Shown here one piece after another: positions 10,317-17,428 of a DNA stretch of 64,000 nucleotides. Under the pieces are notes generated by a model, which ran no database searches, was not told the origin of the DNA, and worked only from the letters and a program-made list of their open reading frames with translations. Positions within the stretch are counted from its first letter, which is position 1; the number at the start of each line of letters is the position of its first letter. The position numbers were made by a program, and so were the translations under genes. Source of the DNA: Yuukianura sp. NJ FZ-2021 (taxonomy: Eukaryota). Location: the NCBI GenBank assembly GCA_046563655.1, contig CM102284.1, forward strand, positions 7,750,001 through 7,814,000. Reading direction: 5' to 3'.

Positions 10317-11624
10317 GGAGGCGGTGTTTGTTTAGGAAGGACGGCTGCAGCGATGTTCTGGAGAAGATCCGTCATTGTTCCGAAAGCAGTCATCATCGTC
10401 TTGGTCCAATCAGCATCCGGACGAGGAACATTTTGAGACTGTGCTGGAGGGTTTGGACTGGTTTGCAATGGGCGAGTGTCAATATTTGGGTAGGGACGTT
10501 GAACAGCTTGGCTATAATAGCCTTGCTGCTGGGGGGATACAGGCTGAGGAGGATGGTTTTCTGGTAATGCACGCTGAGTGCCATTGTAACCAGGGAGCCG
10601 CCAAGTAGGGGTACGACAGTGTTTCATAATGTGCCCACTCCGGTTACAGCGATTGCAAATCGGTCGTCCTTCAGCATCTCGATTGTTAATGAACCGCGTT
10701 CTCTGTTGAGCAGGTTGAGCAGGAACTTGGGGGGTAACAGGAACGTTTGTAATTTGTTGGTTCTGGGTAGGGGACGACTGAGGGAACTGCATTGGGGGGT
10801 TAGGGGCAGCTGCCATTTCAAAAGCCTGCATTGAGACTACAGGGGAAGAGCCATCTTTGGGACGGGTATGGACTTCTGCAACTCGCCGTAGAATCTTCTG
10901 AAAGTCGGAGGGGGTTTGAATATTGAGCATTACAAAACCTTTTTCAAGGTCTGCTGGGAGTCCACAGATGAGATATTCAACCTTTCGGCTGTCACTCATT
11001 TTGGGATCCAAACGAGACAAAATAACAATTTTGTCCGCTACGTATTTGTCAATACAGTCACCCAATTTGTAACGTAGGGACTTATTCTGGGCTCGGAAAT
11101 CATCTCTACGCTCTTTAAGGGAAAAATGGGAAATGAACTGATTTTCAAACTCAGTCCAGACAGCATCAGGGTCTTTAGTGGGATCTTCAAGTTGTTCTCG
11201 AAAGTGGGGCCAAATTGAGATGAACCAAGAGCTAGCGACTCCAGTCAAAACTATCGAAGTGGCTCAATGCTCCATAAGATCCGAATCCAGTTCCTCTCAA
11301 ATCGTATTCGTAGCGAGCAAGAAATTCAGCAGGGTCACTCGTTCCATCGTACTTCCGGATGTGTTTGAAAATTTTGATGTCTTGGGTACAAGGGAAGGGG
11401 GCATTAGGAGCCCTATTGGCTTGTGTACCATCGCTGTACACAGAACCAGGAGTAGCTGGTTGCTGCGGATTGTTAGGAACTGGAGGGGGCATGGCAAAAG
11501 TAGGATGGTAGTTTTGTTGTGCTGGCTGCAGAGGAATTGTGGACTGGGATGGGGAAGGGCCTTGTTGTTGCGTTTGACCTTGTACTGGAGGGGAAGACCT
11601 GGGTCTCGCAAAATATGTCAACAT
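10304..11624 (-). CDS. gag: Gag (split by one frameshift near 11248)
   Basis: ORF 11232-11624 has capsid-like KYDGTSDPAEFLARYE. ORF 10304-11248 continues with LTGVASSWF, YLICGL and the CCHC knuckle CNRCNRSGHIMKHC. The break lies in a T4 homopolymer. Confidence 0.88.
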
Positions 11625-11636
11625 TGGGGAATCTCC

Positions 11637-12050
11637 TTAGTATCTTCGTTCTTGCAGACGGGGATTCTCGTATTCAAAGACAAGCCAGCCTTGGGTACTT
11701 GCGTAGTATTTGAAACACCAGCGGTAAATGGGACTGAAGAAGCTCCAATGATAGTACAAGAGTCTAACCAGAAGAGCTAGGCAGTAGTAGGTTTCAGTAC
11801 CGACAAGGACTCCAAGTAGTTCTGCGTAGGCTCGAGGATTCCGTCGTAAGTAGAGAACTGGGGCAACGTGTAGGGCCAGAAAATCAACAAAGACTGAAAA
11901 AGTCGATGCTACACAGGACTGGGTAATTTCTGCAACCAGTAGGGAGAATAGGTACAGGACTTCGGTTAGGAACAAGATTAAACAGCTTGCAAAAAATAAA
12001 GCTGTTGCAGCAATTAGAATAGTTCGGATTAGGGGCCAAGCGATCCACAT
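11637..12050 (-). CDS. Hydrophobic, probably membrane-spanning small ORF (137 aa) directly upstream of gag
   Basis: ATG-initiated. Hydrophobic runs TILIAATALFFASCLILFLTEVLYLFSLLV, TFSVFVDFLALHVAPVLYL and LLGVLVGTETYYCLALLV. Its stop is 12 nt before the gag ATG. Confidence 0.55.
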   Translation of the reverse strand: MWIAWPLIRTILIAATALFFASCLILFLTEVLYLFSLLVAEITQSCVASTFSVFVDFLALHVAPVLYLRRNPRAYAELLGVLVGTETYYCLALLVRLLYYHWSFFSPIYRWCFKYYASTQGWLVFEYENPRLQERRY

Positions 12051-12097
12051 TTGCAGTGGGTTTCACTATTACCTCAACCGCTTTTCAGCGTTTGGGC

Positions 12098-12214
12098 TTA
12101 TTGGAGGAAATTGACAAGGATCGAAATCAAAAAGAATAGGGTAAGGTACTGGACAACAACTGCAATAACTGCTATGAGTATGATCAAAACGATGGCAATG
12201 AAGGGGTGGGACAT
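12098..12214 (-). CDS. 38-aa hydrophobic upstream small ORF (not in the ORF track)
   Basis: Hand translation gives MSHPFIAIVLIILIAVIAVVVQYLTLFFLISILVNFLQ*. It has no charged residue except His and is co-oriented with gag. Confidence 0.45.
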   Translation of the reverse strand: MSHPFIAIVLIILIAVIAVVVQYLTLFFLISILVNFLQ

Positions 12215-12843
12215 CTCTCGGGTCAGTTCAGGGACTCTCTATAATACTTAAGAAATTGGATTAATTAAACAAATACTTTAAGAATTTTAAATAGTTTGAA
12301 CTTACTACTAGAAAAAATGAAATACAAAATTCAAAAATTTATGGGGGAGTACTTTAGAAGCTGCTGTCTAGGGCTATGGTTTCAAAAAAAAGAAACCAAA
12401 ATCCACAAAACAGAACTTAAAATCGAAGAAAGAATAGAACAATAAACAGAAAGATAACGAGCTGTAGAGACGGAGCAGCCAAGCCAAACCAAATTACAAA
12501 ACCGTAGAGCCACAAAGTCAATTCAAAAATTGTCATTTCTGAATTATTTTGAACCACATTGGAAGGAATAGGATTTTAGGAACTTAGATAACTTCAGTAG
12601 ATTTGCCTGCGATTTAAAATCGCAGGAGCGGGAAAATCTCCAAATTCCGAGGATTAGGTAGTCTTCAAGTGAACATACTATTTCTAGTAGCTTTATGAAA
12701 GTTCAAAGTTTTTCAACTTTTCAGAAATTTGGGCAGGGGTTTGGGGTAGCAAAACAACTTTCAATTTTGAAAAGTGGACAAAAATCTTTAAGTTTAATTA
12801 ATTAGGACGAAAACGCAACGTATTTTAGGATTTGGGAACAATT

Positions 12844-14132
12844 GTGGGGCTTAGACGTAAAAGGGCGTATATCGTTGCCAAGAAAATAATTTAATTCCAT
12901 TTGTTGATTCTAAGTGAAAGTGCTAATGTGTGAAAAATGTTGTCGGTCTGTCCGTTCCTCGTTCGCTGGTTCTGAAAGGGTCCAATTTTCTTTTCTTCTG
13001 GTAGTTAGTCCGATCGTAGAAAGTGAAATGCCCAAAACAATTTGGCCAAAAGTGAAATGGTCAGAGGTGAAATGGCCAAAAAGTAAAAAGATCAGAATTG
13101 AAATGGCCAAAAAGTGAAAAGGCCAAAATGTAAAAACGCCAGAATTAAATTGACCAAAAAGTAAAAATGCCAAAAAGTGAACAGACCAAAAAGTGAAATG
13201 GCCAAAATAAGAAAAGATCAGAAAGAGAAAAGATCAGAATTTGGAAAAAAAAAATTATTTTCAGTGGGTAACTCGGATTTTCTTCATTTTTTTTTTACAA
13301 ATACCTATGAACCCCTGACTGTGAAAATATATTTGTTTTTGACCCGCTCTCAAAGGAATTTCGGATTTATAGAATATTTTGAAAATTACAATTTCCCCAT
13401 AAGGGCACATGTAAATTTTTTCTCAAAATAGGTGTTCGCTTATATTTGGTTAAGTTAGGTTACGTTTAATGAGTGACAATGGCGTTATAGCCATTAGGTT
13501 ACGTTTGGTTGTTTCGAAAAATGGGATTTAAAAAAAAAGAGTGATATTTCCCATTTTGAAAATTTTCAAAAAATCAAAATCTTCGAGAGCGGGCCAAAAA
13601 AATATGTATTTTCATAGTCAGGGGTTCACAGGTATTTGTAAAAAAAATGAAGCAAATCCGAGTTATTCATTGAAAATGATATTTTTTTTTCCAAATTCTG
13701 ATCTTTTCACTTTCTGATCTTTTCTTATTTTGGCCATTTCACTTTTTGATCATTTCACTTTTTGGCCATTTCATTTCTGGCGTTTTTACATTTTGGCCTT
13801 TTCACTTTTTGGCCATTTCATTTCTGGTCATTTCACTTTTTGGCCATTTCACTTCTGCCCTTTTCACCTCTGACCATTTCACTTTTGGCCAAATTGTTTT
13901 GGCCAATTAAATTCACATGGAATCAGTCCGATTAACGTTAGCATCAGTCAGGCCTTTTACATTTTCGTGTCCATTACGCAAATAGATAATGTCGTTATGG
14001 ATCTCTGAACTGAATTCTAACTTTCGATACTTTTTTACGTTCATTTCAAATGCAAAAATTGCTTGTTTACAAACTTTTTTGCTAAACAATTTCCGTAGCA
14101 ACGATATACGCCCTTCTTCGTCTAAGCCCCTC
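12844..14132. mobile_element. Non-autonomous TIR DNA transposon (Sola-like by termini and TSD) nested in the gypsy leader
   Basis: ~35-bp TIRs GTGGGGCTTAGACGTAAAAGGGCGTATATCGTTGC / GCAACGATATACGCCCTTCTTCGTCTAAGCCCCTC, flanked by AATT on both sides (12840-12843, 14133-14136). The superfamily call is tentative. Confidence 0.72.
13015..13924. mobile_element. Fold-back/MULE-like non-autonomous element with long modular inverted arms
   Basis: Arms ~13032-13400 and ~13540-13902 are reverse complements built of AAAAGTGAAATGGCC-type sub-repeats. The 8-bp direct repeat AGTCCGAT at 13007-13014 and 13925-13932 is the candidate TSD. Confidence 0.72.
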
Positions 14133-15023
14133 AATTTAAGCCGGTTTCTGAAAAATCCGACTAGTCAGGGGAAAAGTGAAGCCTGCGTACGGTTGTAGTT
14201 GCGGGCTAATAGGAAATCGGAAAAATCTGCCGACTCAGGGAATTAGTCACTTTTGCAAATAAATTTGCAAAAGCGCGAAAATTTCAAACTGTTTTAGATT
14301 TCAAAAAAAATTTGACGGGGGGGTGTTAGGGGTTCTACTTTTTTTAATTTAGGACGTTGTACCAAATTTCAAAAACCAAAATTTCGAAAAACTTTCAATT
14401 TAAGGGACAGGGGGCAATAACTTTTGAAAAAGGGGCCAAAGCTAAGGGGATTAGGAGCTGTGATAGCTGTGGAGCTGTTTTTAGGTAGCTGGGGCGCTGC
14501 GCTATCTTTAAACAAAACTCGAATTTTGAAAAAAACGCTTATTTTGAAAAAAACGCTAAGTTTTTGAAAATTTAAAAAATTTTGGACAGGGGGACGGGTA
14601 TATTTTACAAAAGTTGCTCGGGGGACACGTTTGCTAAAAAAAAAACAAAACAAAACGCGCAAAAGAAAAGAAGGAAACGCTGACCTCGATGTGACCTTGC
14701 CTCACAGGTCAATTGATTGTTGGTTGGAGGCTGACGAAGAAGATGACGTGGTCCGAGGTGACGTGGCCAGGAGTGATGTGGAGCGTGGAAGGGTGTGGAG
14801 CGTGGAATTCGGCTCTACGGCTGCTATGGCTGAAGATGTGGTGTGTGTTGGGTGGTGTGGAGCGTGGCTTTTGGCTGGTACGGCGTGGCTCTCGCTCCGA
14901 ACTCGCTTTTCCAGAAAGATCTGGAAATTATCCAAAAAAAATATTTTAGAAAATTATGAAACAATGAAAAAAATTTCCTAAAAATGAAAAAAATTAGGGT
15001 GGGGTCACGGTGGGTCCTTTGGT

Positions 15024-15114
15024 GGAGCCGGTTGGCTCCGATTGGTATGATTCCGCTTCGGCTGTGTAGAGGTCAAGTGAGGTCACGGGTCTCGATTCCC
15101 GGCTGATGCGCCCA
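15024..15114 (+). ncRNA. Degenerate full-length tRNA-Pro(CGG)-like sequence ending in CCA, whose complement forms the gypsy PBS
   Basis: GTTGG..GGTATGATTC-CGCTTCGG..AGAGGTC..CGGGTCTCGATTCCCGG..CCCA follows eukaryotic tRNA-Pro(CGG) collinearly (comparison from memory). It ends 2 nt from the 5' LTR, so the minus strand reads LTR-AG-TGGGCGCATCAGCCGGGAAT. Confidence 0.7.
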
Positions 15115-15199
15115 CTTGAGGGAAAGCTCGGAGGTGAACTTGTGACGTTCAGGGGTCACATGGCTTGAGAGACAAAGAACGAGAGTGTAGAAAAAATAA

Positions 15200-15274
15200 G
15201 TGACCGAGTGGGATTCGAACCCACGTCTTTCTCCAATCCGGGGAGACTGCACTGCCCTTATGCTACCAGGCCAC
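15200..15274 (-). ncRNA. tRNA-like Pol III cassette in the TRIM 3' LTR
   Basis: GTGGCCTGG TA GCAT-AAGGGCA-GTGC AG TCTCC-CCGGATT-GGAGA AAGAC GTGGG-TTCGAAT-CCCAC TCGGTCAC. D, anticodon and T arms are present, with A box TAGCATAAGGG and perfect B box GGTTCGAATCC, followed by TTATTTTTT. Confidence 0.85.
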
Positions 15275-15388
15275 ATTCTACAAACCTCTCGAAGGATGGA
15301 GCAATTGGAAGGCAGCTATCCCAGCTATCTCTTCCATGCAATCCTCATCCAGTGGCGAGTGGGAATGGGTTTCTTCCCAAACGCCACA

Positions 15389-15400
15389 CCACCCGCCCCT
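15389..15400 (-). promoter_or_regulatory. TRIM polypurine tract
   Basis: AGGGGCGGGTGG immediately before the 3' LTR. Confidence 0.75.
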
Positions 15401-15425
15401 CAAGCCCCCTATTGCCGTATCCCGG

Positions 15426-15437
15426 CGTTGGGCGCCA
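15426..15437 (-). promoter_or_regulatory. TRIM primer-binding site, tRNA-Lys(CTT)
   Basis: TGGCGCCCAACG, 2 nt after the 5' LTR, matches the canonical Lys1,2 PBS start TGGCGCCCAACGTGGGG. Confidence 0.85.
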
Positions 15438-15498
15438 TATGTGACGTTCAGGGGTCACATGGCTTGAGAGACAAAGAACGAGAGTGTAGAAAAAATAA

Positions 15499-15573
15499 GT
15501 GACCGAGTGGGATTCGAACCCACGTCTTTCTCCAATCCGGGGAGACTGCACTGCCCTTATGCTACCAGGCCAC
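15499..15573 (-). ncRNA. tRNA-like Pol III cassette in the TRIM 5' LTR
   Basis: Identical copy of 15200-15274, offset by 299 bp. Confidence 0.85.
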
Positions 15574-16254
15574 ATTCTACAAACCTCTCGAAGGATGGAG
15601 CAATTGGAAGGCAGCTATCCCAGCTATCTCTTCCATGCAATCCTCATCCAGTGGCGAGTGGGAATGGGTTTCTTCCCAAACGCCACAAACTCCCCAACGG
15701 GCCGACTCGCGGTCACCCGAGAACGTCTGACGACGGAAATAAAGGGGCAGGGGGTCACGGGAGCTGTTAGAATATGATTAGTAATTTATTGAACGGACAA
15801 ATGATACAGTTACGGCCAATTTTGTAGTAGTAGGAGAGATGAGCGGTCCTGGTCGGATCAACCAGGTATTCCTGGTCTGTCCAGGAAGTCCAGTGGGGGT
15901 GAATCGAGGTCAAATCCGGGTCAATAGAGGCAGTAGCGAGTCCAGACACGAAGAAAGAAGATGGCTGCTACTGGGAACTGGAGTGACGAGGTCTTCTCCT
16001 TGTGAGATGTTGTGGACGACTGTGTCCAGAGAAGATGGAGGAGGAAGAAGATGAAACTGCCAGAAGGAGCTGGGGGAAGTTGCTGATGCAATCCTCGGCG
16101 ACTGTGATTGGCTGCTGAATTGGAGCTGGTGGTCTGGCGTCTCCGGAACTGCAGGGGGACAAGAGGGATTGTTGTGCTGCTATTGTTGAGTGGAGCGGAG
16201 GAGGACGAGGGAGCCGTATAGGCTTTGAGAGGGGTTTGGGGATACCTCCCCACA

Positions 16255-16298
16255 TCAGAAAGCTCAGAATGAATTTTTGGGGAGTTTTGTATGAAAAA
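16255..16298 (+). repeat. 44-bp satellite remnant between the gypsy and HINE insertions
   Basis: TCAGAAAGCTCAGAATGAATTTTTGGGGAGTTTTGTATGAAAAA continues the monomer interrupted at 3352. Confidence 0.95.
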
Positions 16299-17428
16299 CA
16301 AGGTAGGGCAATGCTCAAGGGTTGAGCATAGGTCTTCTGGAGGCAGTGGACAATTGATACGGTTTTTACACCCGCTGTCCGCAAACGCAAGAAAAACGAT
16401 AAGAGACCGTTTTCACGAGATTTATGCAACGAAACGTGGCTCATAATTTTCAGTGGAGATATGGTTCCTTTTTGTGCATGAGTTGACTCATCAAGACTAC
16501 GTTGATAATTTTACTGTTTAATTGCACCAAAATCATTTTCTAATTGTAAGTTCCAAAACATCTGCACTGAAATAATGTTCATATTTTTTGTTGAGTAAAA
16601 TGCACAAATGTCAATGTTGTCATGACAATATAGCACACACAGTGTTAACATAGCTGCACTAAAATTATGGTGTTAAACAAGTTGCACAACTGTTCCGCGG
16701 TATGGACAACTTGCTACGTAAAATGGTTTGCTTATAATGAACATTGTTTATGATAAATGTGCAATTGTTATCAAATATGCACAAATTGGTAGTATTAACG
16801 TACATTACCCAGCGTCAAAATAACTGCGCAATTCGACATTTATGTGCATCTACTTATAAATGTGCACAAAGTTGAACGTTGAGTAGCAGGCCTCGAATAT
16901 AGCTTTTTTAAAATCAAAATCAGTTCAAATACATGCACCATGTGTTAAATCAAGTGCATAAGTAATAGAATCGGATATCGCTTGTTCAAATCAAAATTAT
17001 AGAAATTTCTTGTAAAGGCCAAAATTGACACCTTTTATACACTATTCAGATATTAAACATTTAAGTCGGATTTTCTACCCTCTGATCAGTCTTAATTTAA
17101 CAACGTAACTAAACATACTACCAGAAAATGACCAGATCAAAACTCCGTTGTTTATAAATACTTTGAGTGCAATCGAAACCAAAACTGTTTTGCGGAGCCA
17201 CGATACTGCGGGTACGTAAAGTAGCCGCCCAATTCTACGTTGTTAATGTACGACTTTAAGTGCAATGTAGACCTAATGAAAACACTTAAGCGATACAAGA
17301 CACCCCGTCAATAATGGAGGTAATGTTTGAGCGCAAGTTGTCCTAAAAAACGTTACGGACAGACAGACAGACAAAGTCGTATCAATAGTCTTCTTCAGCA
17401 TGTCGTAGACATGCGTCTCCAGAAGACT
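16299..17428 (-). mobile_element. Helentron-associated non-autonomous element (HINE / DINE-1-like)
   Basis: 11-bp subterminal inverted repeats GTCTTCTGGAG (16332-16342) / CTCCAGAAGAC (17417-17427), a partial inverted subTIR copy and a (CTGT)n microsatellite (17357-17373) near the 5' end. 3' stem-loop ATGCTCAA-nnn-TTGAGCAT (16311-16329) and CTTGTT end. Inserted in the satellite A/T run without a clear TSD. Confidence 0.85.

Larger units (their letters stand above)
15141..15687 (-). mobile_element. TRIM (547 bp) with tRNA-derived LTRs, Helenus/TRIMp3-like
   Basis: Two apparently identical 248-bp LTRs (15141-15388, 15440-15687) with TGT...ACA ends and a 51-bp internal region holding PBS and PPT. 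4-bp TSD AACT (15137-15140, 15688-15691). Absent from the sister LTR. Confidence 0.93.
3353..16254 (-). mobile_element. Full-length Ty3/gypsy LTR retrotransposon inserted in the satellite, carrying nested elements
   Basis: Direct repeats at both ends with TG...CA termini. The 4-bp TSD TCAG (3349-3352, 16255-16258) restores the satellite monomer (gtacTCAGaaagctcagaatgaattttt). Domain order is gag-PR-RT-RH-INT on the minus strand. Confidence 0.96.
15117..16254 (-). repeat. 5' LTR of the gypsy element, interrupted by a TRIM at 15141-15687
   Basis: 15117-15140 plus 15692-16254 match 3353-3937, apart from two isolated substitutions and one small cluster of differences near 16118-16135. Confidence 0.95.

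Noticed and set aside
11625-11640. Shine-Dalgarno-like AAGGAGA upstream of the gag ATG
   Set aside because: This is a eukaryotic retrotransposon and such a short purine motif arises easily by chance.
3452-12251. Short antisense and alternative-frame ORFs overlapping LTR, gag and pol
   Set aside because: Shadow frames of the real coding sequences with no recognisable motifs.
13445-13512. TTAGG telomere-like words
   Set aside because: Only two isolated TTAGGTT units inside the fold-back element centre, not a telomeric array.
14290-14660. Possible further decayed DNA element in the gypsy leader
   Set aside because: AT-run-rich, TE-like texture, but I could not define termini or a TSD.
15200-15573. 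Functional host tRNA-Ser(GGA) genes
   Set aside because: The acceptor stem is imperfect, position 33 is C, there is no long variable arm, and both copies are integral parts of TRIM LTRs.
15141-15687. Simple 299-bp tandem duplication or two solo LTRs
   Set aside because: The 51-bp spacer has a PBS and a PPT and a single TSD encloses both repeats, so it is one TRIM.
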